In this document: positions 26,442 to 35,058 of the stretch, piece after piece
How positions within the stretch are numbered: the stretch's first letter is position 1
How the letters are laid out: each line of letters starts with the position of its first letter
Assembly (NCBI GenBank): GCA_003230545.1
Contig: QIFB01000010.1
Span: forward strand, 1 to 42,001
Source of the DNA: Gammaproteobacteria bacterium
GTDB taxonomy: Bacteria; Pseudomonadota; Gammaproteobacteria; UBA9214
Direction of reading: 5' to 3'
Length of the DNA stretch: 42,001 nucleotides
Notes under the pieces: model-generated
Databases searched by the model: none
Told to the model about the DNA's origin: nothing
What the model saw: only the letters and a program-made list of their open reading frames with translations
Made by a program: the position numbers and the translations under genes

Positions 26442-26580
26442 AAAGCGTGCAATACCCTTACCGTAATGCCCTCCAGCTGCTATATATGTAGGAACGCATT
26501 TCCCCGTGCCCTCGCCGGGACGCATTCCCCCGCGGGGCGCGGGTCCTGCCCGACAAGGCATCAGGCACAGGGTTCTATCC

Positions 26581-26763
26581 ATGAAGAATTCACTTGCAGA
26601 ACCCCAGCAACCGGCAAAAGCAAAACCGCAAAAGAGCCTGAGCATGCATGACGGCACTGCCGTGTGGTGCGATTGCTGCTCGTGCGAGATGGAGCCCTAC
26701 TGGGCCGCGGTCGCGGAAGAAATGGGAATTGACGTCTATAACGACTACGAGGACGGCGAATAA
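26581..26763 (+). CDS. Small Cys-cluster hypothetical protein (60 aa)
   Basis: WCDCCSCEMEPYW motif and acidic tail; upstream TTACCG-17-TATATA (26458-26486). Confidence 0.45.
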   Translation: MKNSLAEPQQPAKAKPQKSLSMHDGTAVWCDCCSCEMEPYWAAVAEEMGIDVYNDYEDGE

Positions 26764-27656
26764 CCAAAGTCCGGCCGCATGGTTTCCGTTACCAGCGCAT
26801 CAATCTGCGCCAGCTGCGTGTCGTCAAAGTAGTCGCGGTAGCCACCCACCTTGGCGCGCCGGACCTTGTAGGTATTCGGATCGCCCTTCTTGCCCGGCAC
26901 CAGACGTGCGCCACTGGCGCGGAACGCGTTCTTTTCCTCGAGCTTCTTCATGTTTTCGTAGGCGGCAAATTCCACGGCATCATGGATCTCGGCAGTGGTT
27001 CCGGGGGTATCCATAAAACCGAACAGCCGCTCCAGCGCCGTTACCGGGTCGCGGCGCATATCCTCGTAGCGCAGCACCAGACTGGCCTCGACTTTTGGCA
27101 GTTCCTGTGCCCAGATGTTGAAGAAGCGGATTATGCACGGCAGGCCGGCATCCTCGTTCATGATGAAGTCGAACAGGGGAATGTCGCTGTTATGTGGCGG
27201 GTACCAGTTGAGCTCCTTCTTGCGGCGTTTCATCCGGTACTTCCACTGGAAGAACTGGGAGACTGCCACGTCGCGCGGATCGCGGACCAGCATAATGACC
27301 TTTTTACCGTAGAACTCGGCCTTGTCATCCCAGTTGCCGGTGTAGTTGCGGAGATAATTACTGTGAGTAAAAAACACGCGCGGTACCGCGGGATTGATGC
27401 GATGATAGTTGTCAAAACCCAGCATGTATTTTTCCGGAATGCCTAATTTCTGCTGGTAGTAGCGCGACATCATCACCCGCAGCCAGGTTCGTCCGCTCTT
27501 GCCCCACGACATCAGTACGTAGTCCGTTTGCTGCAGCTTGCGGTTTTCCTCGCGGCCGCGCAGCCAGCGGTCGACCCTGATGCGCCGCTGTCTCGGCAGA
27601 ACGAGACACGGCAGCAGGATCAACTCCCGCGTAATGGCAGGCCAGACATCGTGCAT
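26745..27656 (-). CDS. Sulfotransferase domain protein (ST1)
   Basis: SWGKSGRTWL (5'-PSB loop), RDPRDVAVS (3'-PB), LRYEDM and KVRRAKVGGY. Confidence 0.9.
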   Translation of the reverse strand: MHDVWPAITRELILLPCLVLPRQRRIRVDRWLRGREENRKLQQTDYVLMSWGKSGRTWLRVMMSRYYQQKLGIPEKYMLGFDNYHRINPAVPRVFFTHSNYLRNYTGNWDDKAEFYGKKVIMLVRDPRDVAVSQFFQWKYRMKRRKKELNWYPPHNSDIPLFDFIMNEDAGLPCIIRFFNIWAQELPKVEASLVLRYEDMRRDPVTALERLFGFMDTPGTTAEIHDAVEFAAYENMKKLEEKNAFRASGARLVPGKKGDPNTYKVRRAKVGGYRDYFDDTQLAQIDALVTETMRPDFGYSPSS

Positions 27657-27882
27657 ATGGTGGTTACGGTTTTCCTGGTCAATTTGCCCGACAGGGCGGC
27701 GTAGTGTAAACCAAACACCGGGGGTTTTTCCCGATAGCCGGGCCCGCGAACCAGCGGGTTCGGAGTGTAATTGACCAGCGGGTAAGCTGCTGATTCCTGG
27801 ATGCCCGGCGCATCTGCTACACTCGGCCTGGAAAGCACAGTTAATTCAGATACCTGAATTCAACCCCAGGTATGATCCAGCC

Positions 27883-28512
27883 ATGACATACGTCGATCTA
27901 ACCGCCATCGAAGCCACCCCTCTGACAGCGGATCCGTATGATTATATGGTGGTGCCGGACTGTATCAGCGCAACCGGACTGGTAGCGGCCAACCGTGATT
28001 ACCCTGATATCGACACCCCGGGGAACAAGGATCTGGAAGAACTGCAGTACGGCCCGGGCTTCCAGGGCCTGATCGATGAACTCGAGAGCCCCGAATTACG
28101 GCAGGCCATCAGCGACAAGTTCAACGTCGACCTCGATGATGCCTGGACCACAATCACGGTACGCAAATTCTGTGAGCCCAGCGATGGCAACATCCATACC
28201 GACCACTGGAGCAAGGTGATCACGGTGCTGGTCTACTTCAATACCGACTGGGACAACAATACCGGGCAATTACGCCTGCTGCGCTCACCCGATGATATCG
28301 AGGACTACGCGGCCGAGGTCCCGCCGGCCGGCGGGACCCTGCTGGCCTTCCGGCGCACCGACATCTCGTGGCATGGCCACAAGCGCTTCGTCGGCGAACG
28401 CCGCATGTTGCAGCTGAATTTCGTGAAAACCGGGCGCACCGCCCGTTATACCCAGCAATTTGCCCGGTTCTCGACGCGCATGATGAAACGCGTCGCCAGA
28501 CTCGTTCAATAA
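27883..28512 (+). CDS. 2OG-Fe(II) oxygenase
   Basis: HTD...SWHGH facial triad and RRMLQLN 2-oxoglutarate-binding Arg. Confidence 0.88.
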   Translation: MTYVDLTAIEATPLTADPYDYMVVPDCISATGLVAANRDYPDIDTPGNKDLEELQYGPGFQGLIDELESPELRQAISDKFNVDLDDAWTTITVRKFCEPSDGNIHTDHWSKVITVLVYFNTDWDNNTGQLRLLRSPDDIEDYAAEVPPAGGTLLAFRRTDISWHGHKRFVGERRMLQLNFVKTGRTARYTQQFARFSTRMMKRVARLVQ

Positions 28513-28560
28513 GATACCGGGGCCGTGACGCCCCGCCATCCGAAACCCAGGACACAGACC

Positions 28561-29499
28561 ATGCTCCAGGTAGTACACGCCGGCAGACAGCTGTTTCGCT
28601 CGATATGGAAAAAGCTCTCGCGCCGATTGTTGCGCGCGGCTCTGCTGTTCGCGTCCGAAGACCGTAAAACGGCGGCGGAACGCTGGCTTCGGGGGCGTGA
28701 ACAGAACCGGAAACTGCAGCAGTCAGATATCGTCATCGTTTCCTTCGGCAAGAGCGGGCGCACCTGGCTGCGGGTCATGCTGTCGCGCCTCTACCAGGTC
28801 AAGCATGGCCTGTCGCAACGCTACCTGATGGGGTTCGACAATTTTCACTACATGAACCGCGCCATCCCGAAGGTATTTTATACCCACGACAACTACATCA
28901 AGGACTACACCGGCAACGCGGACTCCAAGGTAGATTTCTATGACCGCAAGGTGGTACTGCTGGCGCGCGACCCGCGCGATGTCGCGGTGTCCCAGTACTT
29001 CCAGTGGCAGTACCGCATGAAGCCCAACAAGAAAATTCTCAACAAGTACCCCGGTGAAGGTAAAGAGGTTCCGATCTACGACTTCGTCATGGACAAGGAT
29101 GCCGGACTGCCCAAGGTGATCGAATTCATGAACCTGTGGACTCGTGAAAGCCCGCGCCTGAAAGGCTTTTTCCTGCTGCGTTACGAGGACCTGCGCACAG
29201 CGCCGGAAGCCACGCTGGAAAGGCTGCTGGAATTCATGGGGACGCCGGGAACACCGGAGGAAATCCACGATGCGGTTGAGTTCTCGTCCTATGAGAACAT
29301 GAAAATAATGGAGCAGAAAAAGACCTTCTGGCTCAGCGGTGGACGCATGGTGCCGAAGGACCGCGACAATCCGAATACCTACAAGGTCCGGCGCGCCAAA
29401 GTCGGTGGCTACCGCGACTACTTCGACGAGGCACAGGTCGCGCAAATCGAGACGCTGGTCAATGACACCCTGTCACCAGAGTTTGGTTACAACACATAA
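28561..29499 (+). CDS. Sulfotransferase domain protein (ST2), close paralog of ST1
   Basis: SFGKSGRTWL, RDPRDVAVS, LRYEDL and KVRRAKVGGYRDYF. Alternative start GTG 28525. Confidence 0.9.
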   Translation: MLQVVHAGRQLFRSIWKKLSRRLLRAALLFASEDRKTAAERWLRGREQNRKLQQSDIVIVSFGKSGRTWLRVMLSRLYQVKHGLSQRYLMGFDNFHYMNRAIPKVFYTHDNYIKDYTGNADSKVDFYDRKVVLLARDPRDVAVSQYFQWQYRMKPNKKILNKYPGEGKEVPIYDFVMDKDAGLPKVIEFMNLWTRESPRLKGFFLLRYEDLRTAPEATLERLLEFMGTPGTPEEIHDAVEFSSYENMKIMEQKKTFWLSGGRMVPKDRDNPNTYKVRRAKVGGYRDYFDEAQVAQIETLVNDTLSPEFGYNT

Positions 29500-29632
29500 A
29501 CGGGGTCAGGTAAGGTGCAATAGCGAAGCGTATTGCACCGCAGATATTGACCATACGGCGCAATGCATTTCATTTATTGCGCCCTACTCAACTACCCGAG
29601 AAAGAGGAAAATCTGCTCTGACCCGTCCTTTT
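29498..29632. repeat. REPIN-like element nested in GGGGTCAG/CTGACCC inverted repeat
   Basis: GTAAGGTGCAATAGCGAAGCGTATTGCACC and GGCGCAAT...ATTGCGCCCTAC (29510-29587), flanked by ACGGGGTCAG and CTCTGACCCGT. Confidence 0.65.
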
Positions 29633-29645
29633 AAAGGACTTCATC

Positions 29646-30872
29646 ATGTCATATTCAAAATTCGATCCAGGAATTGCAGCAACACTCGTAATCACGCTGC
29701 TCCTGTACGCGTGTGATGGCGGATCTTCTGGCGGAGGAAAGAATCGCCCAGCGCAACCTCCTCCCGGCAACCCGACCATCGCCCTCGCGTCTGTATTCCC
29801 GGGCGTATCATTCATTGGCCTGCTTGGGTTATTGCAGGCACCGGGAGATTCCAGCCGCTGGTTCGCCGTCGAGCAACGTGGAATGGTGTGGGTATTCGAT
29901 AATGACCCGAACGTTGCGACAGCCACACTCTTTATAGACATCACTGCACGTGTGGATTCCGGGTCGAACGAGGCAGGCCTGCTGGGAATGGCCTTTCATC
30001 CCGACTGGGGAACAAACGGCAACTTTGAAGTATTCCTCTCGTATACACGCACCGGCGCACCACTTGAATCGTATGTCTCGCGTTTCTACAGCCTGGATAA
30101 TGGCGCCACGCTCGATAACAGTGTGGAAGATGTGATCATGACTGTGCTGCAGCCATCCGGTAATCACAACGGTGGCAATATCGAATTTGGTCCCGACGGC
30201 TATTTGTATGGTGGCTGGGGAGACGGTGGCGGGGCTGGCGACCCGCAGGACAATGCTCAAAACACATGGAACCTTCTCGGTTCGTTTACCCGTGTGGATG
30301 TTGACGGTGGCACACCGTATGCCATTCCGGCCAATAACCCGTTTGCAGCAAATGGAGTCTGCACGCAAGGTGTCGGCGGCGCGCCCTGCCCCGAGATTCT
30401 TGCCTGGGGATTACGCAATCCGTGGCGCTGGAGTTTTGACAACTCGACGGGTGATCTTTGGGCCGGTGATGTGGGCCAGGGAGCAATCGAAGAGGTTGAT
30501 GTAATCGAACCTGGCAATAACTACGGCTGGCGCTGTCGTGAAGGATCAACCGTATTCGATAACTCTGGTAACTGCCCGGCGGGGCTGATCGACCCGATAA
30601 CGGAATACGATCATGGTGTTGGCCGGTCAATTACTGGCGGTTACGTTTATCGGGGTTCGGCTATTCCGGATCTGCGCGGTTTCTACGTTTTCGGCGATTT
30701 CATCTCGGGCAGAATCTGGTCACTGCCGGCAACCAGCGGCACCGGAAGTGCGGCAGATGAGTTACTGGACACAAGCTTGTTAATATCCTCATTTGCGGTA
30801 GACAATGACAATGAACTCTACGTACTCGATTTCGCGGCCGGCAATATTTACAAGATCATTGGCGCGCCATAA
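29646..30872 (+). CDS. PQQ-dependent sugar dehydrogenase family (GSDH/YliI-like) lipoprotein
   Basis: Lipobox-like LLYAC, EAGLLGMAFHPD, NHNGG.I.FGPDGYLY, GLRNPWR.SFD and GDVGQ...EE. Confidence 0.88.
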   Translation: MSYSKFDPGIAATLVITLLLYACDGGSSGGGKNRPAQPPPGNPTIALASVFPGVSFIGLLGLLQAPGDSSRWFAVEQRGMVWVFDNDPNVATATLFIDITARVDSGSNEAGLLGMAFHPDWGTNGNFEVFLSYTRTGAPLESYVSRFYSLDNGATLDNSVEDVIMTVLQPSGNHNGGNIEFGPDGYLYGGWGDGGGAGDPQDNAQNTWNLLGSFTRVDVDGGTPYAIPANNPFAANGVCTQGVGGAPCPEILAWGLRNPWRWSFDNSTGDLWAGDVGQGAIEEVDVIEPGNNYGWRCREGSTVFDNSGNCPAGLIDPITEYDHGVGRSITGGYVYRGSAIPDLRGFYVFGDFISGRIWSLPATSGTGSAADELLDTSLLISSFAVDNDNELYVLDFAAGNIYKIIGAP

Positions 30873-30893
30873 AATGTGTTCTGACACCGATGT

Positions 30894-31796
30894 TCAGGCC
30901 GCCTGCTTCGAGATGCGCCCGATGACCTCGAATGCATCGTGGCGCACGTGGTTCTTCGCCATTTCATCACGCACCAGGTCCTCGCCAAACACGCCCTTCT
31001 CAAGACACTCGGCGACCAGCTGGAAAAAGAACCGTTCCTGGTTCGGGTCCGGGTTCTGTTTGTACTTGCCGGTGAATTTATAGTCCCCGAACAGCGCGCG
31101 GCGGGCGCGGCGAATCCAGTGACGCGGCGGAAACAGACGGAAGGTATCGGCCGGACGGTAATCTACCGGCAAGCCGGTTTTCCACGGCTGGGTCTTGCGC
31201 TTTGTGGTATGCAGCATCTTCGTCTGCGACGTCAGGTGGTCGAAGTCATTCCATTCGGGCTCGAAGAAGCCGATGCTGCCGGGATCCTCGTACTTGAGAC
31301 AGACCCATTTCATGTAGTCACGCTGGAACTCGAACATCGCGTCAAACTGCTCCTCGACCTTCCAGTGTGTGAGTTTTGCATTTTCAAGCAGCATCACGCT
31401 GGTGGCCAGGCAACCGCGCTTGCCCTTGTTGCCGGACTTGGGGCGGCACATGATGGCCTTGCCCTGCATGTCACGTGACAGCAGGTCCCAGATATCGGCA
31501 ATGGCAAACACGTCCGGATCGATGACCACGGAACGGCCTTTGTAGTCCATCAATTGGGGTGGCAAGAACCGCGTCGGCGTGAAGGATTGCAGGTCATCGC
31601 GCACCCATTCACGCTTGTCACCGTCGCGAAGATAATAATCACCCTCGCGCGCCTTCAGGAACGGAAAGTCATCATAGGGCATGATGCGGATATCAAAACG
31701 GTCGTTGTGCTGCGAGTTACGCCGCAAGGCATATTCGGCCACCAGCGCACCCAGCCACTGCTTGTCATTGGCCTGGATAAATACACAATGGTCCAT
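30894..31796 (-). CDS. Hypothetical protein, GT-A/GT8-like glycosyltransferase candidate
   Basis: SFTPTRF, VIDPDVF (DxD), TSVMLL, EWNDFD and LHTT...QPWK. Start at MDHCVF. Confidence 0.65.
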   Translation of the reverse strand: MDHCVFIQANDKQWLGALVAEYALRRNSQHNDRFDIRIMPYDDFPFLKAREGDYYLRDGDKREWVRDDLQSFTPTRFLPPQLMDYKGRSVVIDPDVFAIADIWDLLSRDMQGKAIMCRPKSGNKGKRGCLATSVMLLENAKLTHWKVEEQFDAMFEFQRDYMKWVCLKYEDPGSIGFFEPEWNDFDHLTSQTKMLHTTKRKTQPWKTGLPVDYRPADTFRLFPPRHWIRRARRALFGDYKFTGKYKQNPDPNQERFFFQLVAECLEKGVFGEDLVRDEMAKNHVRHDAFEVIGRISKQAA

Positions 31797-32008
31797 AGGA
31801 AACCCCTGGTAACCCCTGGTAAGCAGTGGCCCGGGCTGTCGTCGGGCCGGCAATTTCGATGAGGGAAAAATTATATCATGACAAACGCCGCCGCTTTTAT
31901 TGATCCGGCGCACACGTCACCGCCAGGTTTTGGGATTTGACCCGGGATGCCGCACAATAGGCGCATGCTCGGATATTTCCAACGACCCGGCCGGCTGACA
32001 CCCTGACC

Positions 32009-32942
32009 ATGGCCAGACTGTTCCTCGGCAGTTCCCTGAAGAAGCTCACAGACCGTGCTCCGGCGGTGCGCCAGCTGCTGTGGGCCATTGAGGCCCTGCT
32101 GATCGCCATCCCGCTGGGCCTCGCCTGGCTGCTGCCACCGGGCATGGCCTCCAGTGCCGGCGCACGGCTGTTCCGCCTGATCGGCCCGCACCTCGACAAG
32201 ACCCGTAAATTCCGGCGCAACCTGACGCTCGCCTTCCCGCAACGGTCAGCCGCTGAAATCGAGGCCCTGATCCGGGACAACTGGGGCAATGTCGGGGCAA
32301 CGCTGGCGGAGTTTCCCCACCTCCCCGCGATCGCCCATGGCACGGCTCGAGATCGTCAATCACTGCAGCAGCGAGGTGTTCCGCAAGGATGGAAAATCCG
32401 CCATCTTCGTCGCTGCCCACCTGTCCAACTGGGAGGTCCCGGCCGTCGTCGTGGTGCAGCTTGGCATCCCCGTCAGTGGCATCTACACCCCGCTGCAAAA
32501 CCCGTGGCTGAACCGGATGTTGCTCAAGGCGCGTGCTGCCATCGGTTGCGGACTGATACCGCGCGAGGGTGGCCTCCGGATCCTGATACAGGAACTCGGC
32601 AAGGGCCGCTCGATTGGCCTGCTGGTGGATCAGCGCGTCGATGCCGGGGAACCGGTGCCGTTTTTCGGGCACGACATGCTGACCTCGACCACCCCGGCAA
32701 CGCTGGCGCTGCGCTATGACTATGACCTGATCCCGATACGGGTGGAACGCACCGCCCCGGCGCGTTTCCGGGTCACCCTCTACCCACCGGTCACGGTGCC
32801 GGAGAGGGCCACGGACAAACACCAGCGGTCCGTACAAATGACATATGAAATCAACAAGTTATTTGAAGAATGGATCAGGGCGCAGCCACATGAATGGTTG
32901 TGCACCAAGCGCCGCTGGGCCAAAGACGCCACCCCCGGCTGA
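32009..32942 (+). pseudogene. LpxL/HtrB-family (lipid A late) acyltransferase, frameshifted near 32340
   Basis: N-half in the 32009 frame (RNL.LAFP, WGNVG.TLAEF); C-half in the 32289 frame (AHLSNWE, LLVDQ, VPFFG, P.EWL.TKRRW). Confidence 0.85.
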
Positions 32943-33013
32943 TTCTCCGCGGCACTGTCCGTCGCAGCTCTTTATAATGCAGCGCTCTTCTTGCCGAACG
33001 CGATACCGCTACC

Positions 33014-34036
33014 ATGCAGGCCACTCTGAAAAACCGGATTCCGAATTCGACGGATAAACCGCTGCCACGCTGTATCGCCGAGATCGAGGGCATCGGCTAC
33101 CAGGACAGCGACCTGCCGGAGGCGCCGGTGGATTTCCCGGCCGGCTATTTTATTGTGGGCGCACCACGCTGCGGCACTACGGCCGTCAGCAAGGCGCTGT
33201 CACGCAATCCGCGCATCAGCTTTTCCAAACCCAAGGAGCCGCACTTCTTTCTCGAGCCCCGGCCCGGCTTGAGTCCGGATGAACTGCACCGGCAATACCT
33301 GTCACGCTACCACCGGGAACTCAACCCGGAGCACCAGGCATACGGTGACGGCTCGGTTTCCTACCTCTACGAGCCGGAGGCCATTCGGCGGGTGTTGCAA
33401 TTCGACCCGCGCGCGCAATTTATCGTGCTGGTGCGGAACCCGGTAGAGATGATGCGCTCGTATCACAGCCGCATGCTGTTTCAGCTGGACGAGGATGAAG
33501 TGGACTTTGCCCGCGCCTGGGAGCTGCAGGAAAGCCGCGCCGCCGGTCACAACCTGCCGCGGCGCTGCCGCGAGCCGATGCTGCTGCAGTACGCGTTCCT
33601 CGGCCAGCTCGGCATGCACCTCGAGCGCCTGTTCGAGGTGGCCGGCCGCGAACGCTGCCACGTCATCGTCCACGACGACTTCCGCGATGACCCGCGCGCG
33701 GTCTACCTGCGTGCACTGGAATTCATGGGAGTGGATGACGACGGCCAGGTCAAGTTCAAGCGTACCCGCGCCACCAGCAGCTTCAAATCGCCCTGGCTGC
33801 AGCAGTTCGTGATGAACCCGCCACCATGGACATTCCGGCTGATCGCAATCAGTAATTCCCGCATGTTGAAGCGGCTCAAGGGGGTGCGCAAGCGCATCAA
33901 GACCTGGAATTCCAGTGATGCCAAACCACGCCAGATATTCACCGATGAGGTGCGCGCCATGTTGCGGGATTATTTTGCGGACGATGTCGAGAAGCTGTCC
34001 GGATTACTGGCACGTGACCTGGGCGATTGGAAATGA
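33014..34036 (+). CDS. Sulfotransferase (ST3), separate subfamily
   Basis: FIVGAPRCGTT, KEPHFF, GDGSVSYL and RNPVE..RSY. Confidence 0.9.
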   Translation: MQATLKNRIPNSTDKPLPRCIAEIEGIGYQDSDLPEAPVDFPAGYFIVGAPRCGTTAVSKALSRNPRISFSKPKEPHFFLEPRPGLSPDELHRQYLSRYHRELNPEHQAYGDGSVSYLYEPEAIRRVLQFDPRAQFIVLVRNPVEMMRSYHSRMLFQLDEDEVDFARAWELQESRAAGHNLPRRCREPMLLQYAFLGQLGMHLERLFEVAGRERCHVIVHDDFRDDPRAVYLRALEFMGVDDDGQVKFKRTRATSSFKSPWLQQFVMNPPPWTFRLIAISNSRMLKRLKGVRKRIKTWNSSDAKPRQIFTDEVRAMLRDYFADDVEKLSGLLARDLGDWK

Positions 34037-34095
34037 GGTTATGACTCAATCCAGTAATGAGTCACAATTTATGGTAATACGCACATCGAGAGCCG

Positions 34096-35058
34096 ATGAT
34101 GCCGGTACGTGACAGTGTAAAAAAAATAGCCATCCTGGTGCCCACGGCACTGTTGCCGCGGCCGTGGCGGGTTGCCGCGCGCCGGAAGCTGCTGTCGAAC
34201 CTCGAGCTGGCCATCGCCAACCGTGCCGGCCTGCTGATCATCGGTCACCCCAAGAGTGGCAATACCTGGCTCAAGGTGATGCTGGCACGGCTCTACCAGG
34301 TACGCCACGGGCTGGAGGCCTCCGCCCTGATCGGATCCGATGAACTCGCGCTGCGCAACCCGGCAATCCCCAGGCTCGCTGCCACCAACGCCTGGTACAG
34401 CTATGAGGGTAGTGTCGGCAAGGTACTGGCATCGGGTGCAGCCGATGCTCCGTTGCGCCACAAGCCGGTCTTGCTGCTGGCACGCAATCCCATCGACATT
34501 GCCGTGTCGTGGTTTTTCCAGTTCACCAAACGCCAGTCGGCTCACAAACAGGAGTTGATCAACGACTTCATCGATCACCCGATCGACCGCCACACGGTCA
34601 CCCTGTGGGACTTCGTGCGTTACAGTGATATCGGGCTGCCGTTTCTGATCAACTACCTGAACACCTGGGAGCACAACCTCCGGCAGCTCGATCACTCCCT
34701 GCTGTTACGTTATGAAGACCTGCGCGCGGATCCGGCGGCAACCCTGAAGCAGGTGACCCGCCTGATGGGCGAGGACTTCAGCGCTGCGGAAATTACCGAA
34801 GCCGTCGAGTTCGGCTCCTTTGACAACCTGCGCAAGCTGGAGACCAGCGGTTTCTTCCGGCGTGGCGGCATGCGCCTGCACAACGCGAAGGACCCGAACA
34901 CCTTCAAGACCCGACGCGGCAAGGTCGGCGGCTACCCGGACTATTTCGAACCGGATCAGGTCAGGGAACTCGAGGATCTGATGATGCAACACCTGACACC
35001 GACCTTCGGCTATCAGCCATCAGATGATCGCGGGCAGGACGTCCAGCCGTCCCCATGA
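34096..35058 (+). CDS. Sulfotransferase domain protein (ST4)
   Basis: HPKSGNTWL, RNPIDIAVS, LRYEDL and KTRRGKVGGY. Confidence 0.9.
   Translation: MMPVRDSVKKIAILVPTALLPRPWRVAARRKLLSNLELAIANRAGLLIIGHPKSGNTWLKVMLARLYQVRHGLEASALIGSDELALRNPAIPRLAATNAWYSYEGSVGKVLASGAADAPLRHKPVLLLARNPIDIAVSWFFQFTKRQSAHKQELINDFIDHPIDRHTVTLWDFVRYSDIGLPFLINYLNTWEHNLRQLDHSLLLRYEDLRADPAATLKQVTRLMGEDFSAAEITEAVEFGSFDNLRKLETSGFFRRGGMRLHNAKDPNTFKTRRGKVGGYPDYFEPDQVRELEDLMMQHLTPTFGYQPSDDRGQDVQPSP

Noticed and set aside
32009-32719. 236-aa ORF as an independent gene
   Set aside because: Only the first ~110 aa are acyltransferase-like; the rest is out-of-frame read-through.
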